Shown here piece after piece: positions 53,101-64,000 of a DNA stretch of 64,000 nucleotides (the first letter of the stretch is position 1; every line of letters begins with the position of its first letter). Origin of the DNA: Adineta vaga (lineage: Eukaryota; Animalia; Rotifera). Below the pieces are notes generated by a model. It was not told the DNA's origin. It saw nothing but the letters and a program-made list of their open reading frames with translations, and did no database searches. The stretch lies in NCBI GenBank assembly GCA_021613535.1, contig CP075496.1, positions 14,880,001-14,944,000 on the forward strand, written 5' to 3'. Made by a program: the position numbers and the translations under genes.

Positions 53101-56100
53101 CACTATTAATACATATATTCTCCTTTATTCTATCGAATACATTTATCAGTTGATGTTACTGCTAGTTCAAATCAAATAGCTCAACATTATTAAAAGGTTA
53201 ATGGACTGAAAAATGATAAGGAAAGTTAATAGTTATAACCGAACTTATAACTATTTTAAGTTTTCAGACAATAGTTTTAACCCACATACTGATTTAGGTA
53301 TGACAAAGAACTAGATTCAACTCACTGGAGTAGTATTCGTAAAGGTGTAGTGTTTGGTGTTTATATGGGTTGGATGGCCTTTCTGGTCTACTTAGTTTAT
53401 GCTGTTGGTTTCGTTTTTGGCGCGATTCTCATGTCATCTGCAGATCGTCATGTCGCCAGCATTAATCATATTCTGGTGGTAAGATGGCGTGAAGACAGAA
53501 CAATCGAAAACAATGCTATAACTGACGAGATTCATTTTATATAGATTGTAATGTTATATGCGCAATTTGTCCAGCTGTTCGGTCTCATTGGTCCTCTCTT
53601 TCAGTCATTTTCGGAAGGTCGAGGAGCAGCAGAACCTGTATTTCGATTGATTGAAGAGGTAAAGGCGACATAATGAAAGTCGTATGATCATAACGATATG
53701 ATTTTATTATATCAGGAACAAAATATATGTGTCAATGAATATGATGTATTGAACGAGGATAAATTCAAAGGCGAATCAGTTACGGATCTTATCGGTGATA
53801 TACAATTTCATCATGTCAGTTTAGTTTATCCATCTCGAAAAGATGCAACAGCATTGAATGATCTTAATGTGATATTTCGTGCTAATAAAACAACTGCATT
53901 GGTTGGTTCGAGTGGTTCTGGTAAATATTTGTTTTAAGCAAATATTTTAATTATTGAAATCTGATTATTTATTGTTGTCAGGAAAAAGCACATGTATTTC
54001 ACTTCTTCTTCGTTTCTATGAACCTTCATCTGGTCAAATAACTATCGATGACCGACCACTTACAGACTATGATATAAAAAAGCTTCGACAAAGTATTGGC
54101 GTTGTTAGTCAAGAACCCGTATGTTTTTTTGTTCTTCTTCTTCGGTTCTGTTTGTTTTTAATGTTGTTTTGAAATAGATTTTATTTAGTATGAGTATTTA
54201 TGAGAATATTCGTTTCGGTCAACTCAATGCAACACGTCAAGAGATCGAAGCAGCAGCTAAAGAAGCCAATGCACATAATTTCATTATGAAACTACCTGAT
54301 GTTTGTATTTATTGTTAGCGAACGTGCGTAGTATGAGTCTGAGTTCTTTAGGGATATGAAACATTGACTGGTGAACATGGTGTACAGTTAAGTGGAGGTG
54401 AAAAACAACGTATTGCCTTAGCTCGTGCATTGGTGAAACAACCTAGTATATTATTGTTGGACGAAGCAACAAGTGCTCTCGATAATGTTAGTGAGAAAAT
54501 TGTTCAAGAAGCACTTGATCGAGCATCGAAAAGTAATGTACCCTTATTCTTTTGTTATCTCTTATTTTACTGAGATGATAAAGGGAAATTCCTAATTGAT
54601 TTGTGAGCTAAATTTTTCTGTGATACACCCATGCAGCGAAGCACTTCGTGTACGACAATCAATGTCTGCTCCTCTCTCACGCATATAGTAGGAAAGTTAC
54701 AAGCTCAGAAATATGCTTTTGAAAAAAAAACAAGAAATAAACACATTTCTCTAGAAATCACATAAAAGTTTCTTTTACTTAAAATAAAGTTTCTTAATAT
54801 TCACTCTTTGAGGACCGGAGACGCATATGTGCGTTTAGATTGATTTCTTCAAAAATAAGTAAATAGAAATGAATTCAATAGTGAACACCCGTCCGTATGT
54901 ATAAATTCATATACAATGCAACAAACATATGCTATTGAACTGCGCTCTATACAAAATATGCGTACTTAGAGGTAGTTAACTAATTTTATTTTGTTATGTT
55001 TGATGCGTTATGGTTTTTAGAAGAAAATAATATGGCCTTCAAAGGGCTAACTAATAAGATGAAAATCGATAAGAGCCACTATTCATAAACTTGGTTTCGT
55101 TTAGCTTGTAACGCCTTTTTTGACAGACATCGAAAATATTTGCTATTATTACTTCAAGAATTGAACGAAACAATGTAGATATCATATGCGCAGATGTATC
55201 GGCTGTTGAAAATGTCTTGAGAATCATGAAAGAAAAAAAATAACAGGGAGGCATTTTACAAGTTTGATGAGTTAAGATGATTTTCTTAACTTAGAAAGGC
55301 AAAACAGCAGAGCAGAGAACTATGGAAGAAATAGTAGAAAATACACATGAATGTCTGGTAAAAAAGGTGTTACAAGCTAAACGAAACCAAGTTTATGAAC
55401 AGTGGCTCTTATCGATTTTCATCTTATTAGTTAATATTAAGAAACTTTATTTTAAGTAAAAGAAACTTTTATGTGATTTCTAGAGAAATGTGTTTATTTC
55501 TTGTTCTTTTTTTCAAAAGCATATTTCTGAGCTCGTAACTCTCCTACTATATGCGTGAGAGAGGAGCAGACATTGATTGTCGTACACGAAGTGCTTCGCT
55601 GCACGTTTGTGTCCCAGAAATAAATTTTCAAATAAGCATCTCAACACAGAAGAATTTATCACACAAATCGAGTTGAGATTTCTGGTACGGTCAACATATT
55701 ATCTATACTTAGATCGTACTACTATTGTCATTGCTCATCGTTTGAGCACGATTAAAAATGCTGATCATATCTATGTGCTAGACAACGGAAGATTCATTGA
55801 AGAAGGTACACATGAAACTTTGATAGCCAAAGAAGATGGTAAATATGGAACAATGATAAAAGCTCAGCAAATGACAAGAATGATTGATGAAGATCGAAAT
55901 GATCTAATGAGTACGATAACCACTACAGCTGAAGATCAAAAACAAATATGTATATAAAAGTTTAAATAAAAATTATTCAGATTTATTTCAATACTTTATC
56001 TATTGTCTAGCACAACGAACTCATGCACTGAGAGAAGGTGAACTTCTCACTACAGATCAAGTAAATATTGATGCACTAATATTAGAACTAAGAATTTCTT

Positions 56101-58658
56101 TTGCAGAAGGATACGACATCAGTCGAACAAAACAATATATTTCGAAGACTCTTAGCAATGAATAAATCCGAATGGGTTACTATCTTAGTTGGTTGTTTAG
56201 CATGTGTGTTCAATGGTTTGACCCAACCATTATTTGCAATATTATTGACTAAAATCATCAATGTAAACATCTCATCAAGTTCTATAAAACTGTTCAACAG
56301 TTAAAACTATGTCTTTTTGTATGTTTAGGCATTTAAAGATTGTGGATATGGAAATATACACTATCAAGTATTTGTGGCCAGCTTATTTTTTTTAGTCTTA
56401 GGTGTGATGGTCTTGTTCCTTTTTTTCTTTCAAGTAAGAATTCTTTTTGTCAAGAACCGAAACGATGGGAATTATATTGTTGTTCTAATTGATATTTTTC
56501 TTCCTTTCAGTTTATGGCTTTTACTATAGCAGGATCCAGATTAGTTCGACGTATTCATTCGAAAGCATTTGCATGTCTTCTCCGTCAAGAAATAGCTTAT
56601 TTTGATCGACCAGAGAACAGTTCGGGTGCTATATGTGCTCGTCTGACTGCCAATGCAACAGCTCTACAAGACATGATTGGAAATAGATTAGGTGCCATCT
56701 GTGAAGCTTTGGCTTTATCCGGTTTTGGTGTGCTATTTGGTTTTATTTTCAGTTGGCAACTCGCTCTCATGTCCGTAGTGCTGCTTATTATTCTGCTTGT
56801 GGTTAGCTCTATCAGTATATATTTGAGCACAATTATAAAAGAAAAATGCGATCGCTATCGCAGTCAAGCCAATTCAGTAGGTCTTTTTCGTGTTTGAAAC
56901 AGCTCAATATTAAAGATGCTAGTGAATGTTGTTTCTTGGTTTTAGCTTGCTATGGAAGTTATTCATAATATGCGTACGATCAAACAATTATCTGTTGAAA
57001 ATGAAGTTTTACAACAGTATACTGACTCGATTCAGCAAGTATTGAAGTATGTTTTGAAACGCAGATGCTATTTTATACATATCGAACAGAATTAATATTG
57101 ACTAAGTTTGTTTTGCTCATGTAGAACGTCTTTGAAATTCAATGTTCTGATGGCTCTGTCAACTGGTATAGTTTGGTCCATAAGTCCGTTGATAATGGCA
57201 CTTTTCTATTGGAGTGCTATTATCCTTATTGAAAATCATAAACTAGCTTCAAATGAGATGATCATGTAACGATACTCATAGTTGAACTAAACTGACAAAA
57301 AATGCTTTAATCTTTGAACTTTTCTAGGGTTTTTGCTTTTGTTATATTTACATTACAATCATTCATAATAATCGGCACACTGTAAATAAGAAAATCAGCC
57401 ATTTCGTTAGTGATTTGTGTGTTCCTGTGATTTTAGATCAGATCGTATTGGACAATCGATTTCTGCTGCACAGATCTTTTTTGATATATTCGACCGAACA
57501 CCATCGATTGATAATACATCTACCCAAGGACAAGAATTAGTAAGAGGACACTTCATTAATCGTTTGTACAATATGTTTTATCTAGAGTGATTTCCGTGGA
57601 GATATAGACTTTGATCAAGTGAAATTTGTTTATCCCACTCGACCTGCATCTGCTATTCTTAACAAATTTCAATTAAATATCAATTTTGGTAAGCAAAGCA
57701 AGAGAAATTCCCTTAAGTAGTTTTTTTAAATTTTTCTTCATTTTCCATCTTTGCTTAGGTCAACGTATCGCTCTTGTTGGTAAGTTGGAATTTATCCGAT
57801 CAATCTTTATTACAGAATATTATTCATATAGGGACATCGGGGTGTGGAAAATCGACTGTTATTCAACTATTAGAACGATTTTATGATATTACACAAGGAC
57901 AATTAGTAAGTCAGGAGATTGTCATTAAAAGCTGCTAGAATTGAACTGTTAAACATTTAGTTTCTTGATGGAGTGGATATTCGACAACTAAATGTGCAAT
58001 GGCTTCGTTCTCGTCTTGGTCTTGTTAGTCAAGAACCTGTTTTATTTGATATGACCATTGCAGAAAATATTATATATGGATTAGAAAATATTCCCATAGA
58101 AGAGATCATTAATGCTGCAAGTAAAGCTAATATTCATGAGTTTATTCAACAGTTACCACAGGTTAGGGTCTACGAAATGATATTGATAATTGTTTAATAA
58201 TGTCTAATACGATTATATACGTAGGGCTATGAGACAAGAGTTGGTGTTAAAGGTAGTTTTATGTCTGGAGGAGAAAAACAACGTATTGCTATAGCAAGAG
58301 TACTTCTTCGTCGGCCCAAAATCTTATTACTAGATGAAGCAACAAGCGCCATGGATTCATTTAACGAGCAAGTAAGTGGCTGTTCGTTTTTCTGTTGATT
58401 ACTTTATTTGTTATCTTGATTCCATCATTCGAGATTGTTCAAGAAGCACTTGATCAAGCTCAGAAAGAAGATCCAAGCCGAACATCGATTATCATTGCAC
58501 ATCGTCTGTCGACAATTCGTTCTTGTGATGCAATCTATGTACTTGATCAAGGTCAGATTGTCGAGATTGGCAATCACACTGAATTGGTGCAACAACGCGG
58601 AATATACTATAAAATGCTTCTGGCACAAAATAATCTGCAAAACTATGATACGATGTGA
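47119..58658 (+). CDS. Full-length ABCB1/MDR1 (P-glycoprotein)-like ABC exporter, ~29 exons
   Basis: Predicted start MTDKEY at 47119; VGLTKL|[12 protein letters not shown]; two TMDs. NBD1 [40 protein letters not shown]; NBD2 [33 protein letters not shown]. Exons traced in frame. Large introns 48685-52547 and 54533-55712. Confidence 0.92.
50968..51318. mobile_element. Possible piggyBac-type MITE in ABCB intron 5
   Basis: TTAA-TCCTTTAAG...CCCCAAAGGG-TTAA. Confidence 0.45.
54610..55625. mobile_element. Foldback element in ABCB intron 14
   Basis: TIR pairs 54632-54800 / 55433-55603 and 55048-55130 / 55350-55433. Confidence 0.85.
54804..55046. mobile_element. piggyBac-type MITE nested in the left TIR of the foldback
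   Basis: TTCA-CTCTTTGAGG...CCTTCAAAGGG-CTAA. The opposite TIR shows the empty site as a single TTAA. Confidence 0.7.
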
Positions 58659-59036
58659 AATTCATTCAATCATTTTTTATTTTTCGACTTTTCTAGTGTA
58701 ATAAAAAGATGACCAATAGAACCTCATGCACTAAAAAATTCGATGTTACATAGAATTTTTGAAGGTTTGATACTATTTTATGACATAGTTTTAAGTTTTT
58801 ACTATGAAAATCATTTCGCCGTATTCATACAGAGCTTATTATAATTCCGAAATCGAAAGAAAAAGATTTTTACTGCACATATAATGGATAGCAAACATAT
58901 AAAACTATATTCCATCTTGAGATACCGGCTGAACAATGCCAAAAAGTTCATTTTCTATTGCTACCTGTTAGACAAAAAGTAATATGGTCAAATTATTAGT
59001 TGTGTTTTTAATTCTGGCACTAGATCAATTCGTCGC

Positions 59037-59056
59037 ATATATATATATATATATAT
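59037..59056. repeat. (AT)n microsatellite
   Basis: Run of about 10 AT units. Confidence 0.85.
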
Positions 59057-59468
59057 GAGAGTAAGAGAGACAAGTATGAGAGCGAATCGATAACTAAATT
59101 ACACAATTTAAACTGACTTGTTATAGTGAATGTATTACTGATTTCAAAAGTTTCATATGAACTTTCTAAGTTATACAATAATTAGATGAAGTTGATTTGA
59201 CGAGAACGTCCAAAATATCAAACTTTCACTTTCAAAAACAAGAAAAGATATTGTCAGCTATCTGTCGTCACCAAAAGTTTGAATAGACTTTACTATTGAA
59301 TCGGTGGATAATTGCCTCTCGTCTGATGCTGAGAAAAAGTAGTGAAAATCTTAAGAATAATAAAGGAAACAGGTCTTGCTTTCATTTTTTCAAAAGGTTT
59401 TTTTCTCGATAAGTTATTTATAGTTTTGTGCGGACTCTCAGTTATGATCGGTTGGAAAGATGAGTTAA

Positions 59469-59705
59469 AGAGGATGGTCGAAAACCATGACTTTTTACTT
59501 ATGCTGGAAATGTCATAATACGAAAGTTCTTGCCACTTAGATCACGAATTTGATGTCCATTTGTGTGGATCGGATCCTTTTCTTCGGTGTTCTTCGTAGG
59601 GGTGTACCCAGATCTCAGCACTAGACTCAGGTACTTCCCCCATGGGAATCGCTGAAAAAAAGGATCATATCTAGACAAACAGCCATCATTTTTTGACCAT
59701 CTCCT
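59469..59705. mobile_element. MITE with TTAA duplication and AG...CT ends (Kolobok-like)
   Basis: TTAA-AGAGGATGGTCGAAAA...TTTTGACCATCTCCT-TTAA with further internal inverted segments. Confidence 0.65.
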
Positions 59706-61507
59706 TTAACAAATAAGTGCGCTGAAAAAGAACAAATTTACATTATCTAACCGTCAAATATCGTTTTGTAGTAGCTTTCAGTATGTATAGTACACATTTT
59801 GTTTATTACTAAACGTATGTCGTTAGCTAATTATTACACCACAGTATAGGTGTCTTTTATAATTGAGTAAAAGTGAAAAATTATATATCGTGTATAATGC
59901 TGATATTTTTTGTAAAGTAACCCTTTAAACAACAGACGACATAATAAATATAAATTGACTAGAGCATTTTGTTACAGAATAATAACATTATGGTCCTCAA
60001 TTTTGAAAAAAACTGCTCCCTTCCGATAAACTTCTGATTTTTAAGTTGTTGATACGACCACATTACTTTATTGTTTTTAGGGTACAGCAGAGTGAGGGAA
60101 ATGAGCAAAAATAAGTGAATCAACCTGTATAGGGGTACAGCCAGCTATAGGTCACCCTAGCATCGAGAAGATTCGAATTGAAGTGTACAGGAAACCTGAT
60201 ATATCAGATGAAAGGTCATGAACGACTGTCTTTAAAACATGTATGATTACCTCTTGTAAATTGAATTGTGATCTAGTGCTAGGATGTGTGCGCAGTAACT
60301 ATTCTCTCTTAAATTAATTGGTCGACCCTTGGTGTACAATTTGTCTCCGAAACGCTGGGTATATGACATCACTCGTCTTCTAATAAAACAATCTGACATT
60401 TTAGAAGCTCGTTTGAGGCTGAACGACTTTTATACAGAATGTTTATTGAAAAGCCACTCCATTTCGGAATGAGCTACTAAACTCTCGGCTGCTCTAAGAA
60501 AAATTCTCTAACAGCCAATATTTTCTAGAAAACTCAGTTCTGGCGAAAGAAAAATAAATGAAATTATTATCATTCATAAAGTTAACTGAGATCCATTCAC
60601 GGTGAGAATTGCAGTGAATTTGTTATAATTACGGAAGAGATATAGATATTAAAATACGAGAGATAAAATTCCCTCACACTTGATCATGCCAATATGTAAT
60701 CGAGTTAAAGGATGAAAATTATTTAAATGCACTTGAACGATCAGTTTTTTTTTCTATACTTCGATCAATCATCTTTATTACTCAGAACAATTGAATATAA
60801 AAAAACAGGAAAACACGACCGCTTGTAATATGTGATTGGTTCGATTAATTAAATTTCTGTTAGTGTAGATTGGATGACTCGATCGGAAAGTATCATTTTG
60901 TAAAACAAATCATGTTTTTTTGGATGACTCTTGTATTATAGATTGACCAAGAAAACGAAATCAAAGTAAGGGTACAATCGATCCTATAAAATACACTAAC
61001 GGTCTTGATTCTGATCGTTGAAACAAATATTACTGAAAAACAAGATCAGCGAAAGTTCGATTGTCAAAACAAACGATTCTATGAAATTCGAACACTTATA
61101 TTGATGGCCCCTATTTCGATTATATTTTTTTCGACGGTTTAGTCTTTTCATTGTATTCATTTCGGCGATGAGGCATACAGTTACTTTAATTCTTTTTTAA
61201 TTATAGATTGACTGTGGCAGTCGATATAAACGACACGTCTACTTTAACCGATTAACTATCGGTAACGTATAAATAAACATATTCATGCATTTATACGTCG
61301 CCGACAGTTAAACAAACACATGTGTAGTCAAGATTCTACACGATGACATCTGTGCTAAGCCATGTTAGATTTAGAGTGTGTACTCGTGGTCAGATCTTGT
61401 TTTGTTTCGTAAAAACCGTTTTTGTTTACAGTTTATAACGTGAGCGACGGTGAGCTACTAGTTCAGTTTTTCGGTACAGTTATGATACAAAATATGAATA
61501 TTTTCAG

Positions 61508-62264
61508 TTCTTTAGAGTCAGAGTTTGGATTGCAGACGACGCAGATATATAGTAGAAAAGATCATATCTGTTGCTACTTGCAATGAATCTGCAGCAGTTA
61601 TCGAAACAGATACATGATGCATCTAATTCAGAAAGCTACTACATACGCTTGTGTCGGAACAAAGAGTGGATAATTAGACATTGCAGAGTGCCTGGTTTTG
61701 GTCGATAAAAACTCTCAATAAATAAAAATCCATATATTATTCTGACTCTGTAATAGTCCATTTATAATTATGTCTGGAGAGATGATTTAGAAATATAGTT
61801 TTTTTTAAAATTTTTTAGCTGCTCTTAGTCGTTCTCAAGGTGAGAATCATTGTTTTACGTGATACAATGTATGAATATCGCTTTCTCACTTTCCTTCTAT
61901 CCATACTTTACCTAGTACAGTATTGTACAGAACGTCAAAATTCTTATCGTCGTGTGTGAATGTCTACTGTGAGATGTGTCGATAGAAGGAAGAATATTTC
62001 AATACTATTTGTCGTTCTTCGATTACCTATTCACGCTTCATCGATTTTTACCTTCGTTTTTTATGAAGAAACGACGAGTAGAATAATATAGGGGCCATTA
62101 CATTTCATATACAGCTTGATAGTAGTATGAAGAAATATAATATGACGCTGCATCATGATCAATATGAGAAGGCCTTTACAAAACAAGGACGTGATTTTCA
62201 TATTGGTAAAATATCACAGAAAGAGTTTCAATCCACCGTACTCGGTATTTTTTCTCAAATCTAG
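61508..62264 (+). pseudogene. Right-arm copy of the decayed unknown coding sequence
   Basis: RVRVWIADDAD..MNLQQLSKQI and GAITFHIQLDSSMKKYNMTLHHDQYEKAFTKQGRDFHIGK, with stops. Confidence 0.45.
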
Positions 62265-62508
62265 GTTGGTTAAACCATATCACACTTATGGCAAAATGAT
62301 ATATCATACATAATCTATTCTTGTAGCTAAAAAATGTAAGTAATTTATCTATGTAGTTGTGAAGTATTATGCATTATATATATCGTAATATTTGATAAAA
62401 TCCTATAAAACATTTTGATCGAATACTATAATATTCATATTAATCCTTTCCTGCTTTTGCGCGCTATGACACCCACTTTATAAAAAAAAGTTGGTTCTTT
62501 AGAACTAA

Positions 62509-63091
62509 CGAGAGAGAATCACTCACTGTCCAATCGCTTTCCAGTTGATATTTTGGCCGCAGGTAAGAGACTCCAAGCCTAGAATATTCCTTTGAGGATA
62601 TGGGCTCTTTACTGACCTTTTATCCCTTGTCGATATTGAGCAAATCATAAAATAACGAAGTTTTCAACTGAAATTTGGGCCGTATATAGGTCTAGCCACC
62701 ATCAAAGTCTTTTGAAAGTTTCAGCCGAAAAAAGTGTTCCTTTATCCAGATATTGGATTTTGAAGTAATCTGACAATTTGCTCATATTGTGCTGCAAGTG
62801 ATTATCTTCTCATAAATCAATATCTCGATATAGGAACATTTTTTGGCTGACACTTTTAGAATAGTCTAATAATGATTAGACATACTAATGGCCCAAATAT
62901 CACTTGGAAACTCCGTTATTTAGTTTTTTGTTCAATGTAGAGAAAAGTGCGAAAAATCGGTAGAGAGCCCATAACTCGGCGCCAAAGCCCTAGCGGACCA
63001 TATCTTCGTGAAATTGCTCTACTCTTATAGCGCCCTACCTATGGGTAAAATATTAACGAAAAACGGTTGAACATTTAGTGACCATCTGTCC
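62509..63091. mobile_element. Right-arm copy of the TTA/TAA-flanked foldback MITE
   Basis: TAA-CGAGAG...GTCC-TAA; homologous to 3610-4184. Confidence 0.65.
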
Positions 63092-64000
63092 TAAGAAACA
63101 TTTAAAACCCAATTTTATAGAAATCTAAAGCCAATGAATTGTACTTTCGACAGGCTCCAAGTTGGTATGAAATCGGTCCTGAAATATTACTTAGTTAAAA
63201 AAGAACCAGATTTTTGTAAGACGGGCGTCATAGCGCTCAAAGGGCACGAAAGGATTAATATTTTTATGCATCTGTTTATGGACGTTAATGTTCACGACTT
63301 AAAAAGCTGTTCATTTGTTATTGCCTTGGAGTTTTGAAGATTCGACACATCCTATTGAGACGTAATAAACCTTGAACATAGAGTTGTCTCAAGCCTTTCT
63401 ATCATAGTTATGAGCATTTTGCGAGGTAAACTCACCAACTTATCAGTCGCTTTTGGGTTGATATCCTAGTTATAGGCAAGAGACTATAAGACTCGAATAG
63501 TCCTAGGAAAAATCAGAACACTAGGCCTTTTGTGTGGAGTTATGGATTTTTAGCCGCTTTTTCAGTATTGAGCGAAAACGCTTTTCAGCGCAACTTCTTT
63601 GGGACTAAAATGTGGAAGTCACATAGCCTGTTTGCGATTATAGCGTGTACGCGCGATGAGGCTCTACGTGAAACTGAGTTACACCTAAAATGGAGTTTTA
63701 TGTTTTATAAGTTTGCGCTTGTGATGAATTCTGTCTGTAATGGAGGATCGGGGAGACGAATGGGCCAATTTAATCGACCTAAAACTTACACTCGTTAGTT
63801 TTTTTTTCAAGTAAAAACATATGGGTTCCACAAAATATCAATTAAAAAGCGCCTGAATAGTTGTTGACCATTCCCTATCAGTCAACTTTTACGATAAAAC
63901 ACGTTACTTCAAGTACTTTGTATTGAAATCTCGTCGATAGTAGACTCATAAAGCATCGTACCAACTTGAGATCGCATTAATTTCTTTTATAGATAAACTA

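Larger units (their letters stand above)
61000..64000 (-). repeat. Right arm of large inverted duplication (runs off the window end)
   Basis: Reverse complement of 2332-6470 without the left-specific insertions. Confidence 0.85.

Noticed and set aside
1-64000. tRNA/rRNA genes, PPTase or intact transposase
   Set aside because: None recognisable in the sequence or the ORF track.

Overview
AT-rich eukaryotic DNA, most likely a bdelloid rotifer. This is inferred from 54-76 nt spliceosomal introns, intron-bearing microbial-type NRPS/PKS genes, TGTGGG-like repeats and many foldback MITEs. The window holds three apparently intact spliced genes. (1) A highly reducing type I PKS (+, 12362-23172, 4 exons, ~2885 aa, KS-AT-DH-MT-ER-KR-ACP-degenerate TE). 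(2) A convergent NRPS (-, 36197-24400, 11 exons, ~3383 aa, C-C*-A-T-C-A-T plus a membrane Pls/PosA-type terminal domain). (3) A full-length ABCB1/P-glycoprotein-type exporter (+, 47119-58658, ~29 exons). The three genes are bracketed by a multi-kb inverted duplication (2332-~6470 vs ~61000 to beyond the window end). The two NRPS adenylation domains are nucleotide-identical, introns included, except across the substrate-pocket segment. The spacers contain nested foldback MITEs, a Helitron, two decayed LINEs and a decayed piggyBac transposase. Main hypothesis: an animal polyketide-peptide biosynthesis and export cluster. All alignments and splice models were made by eye and need computational and RNA-seq confirmation.
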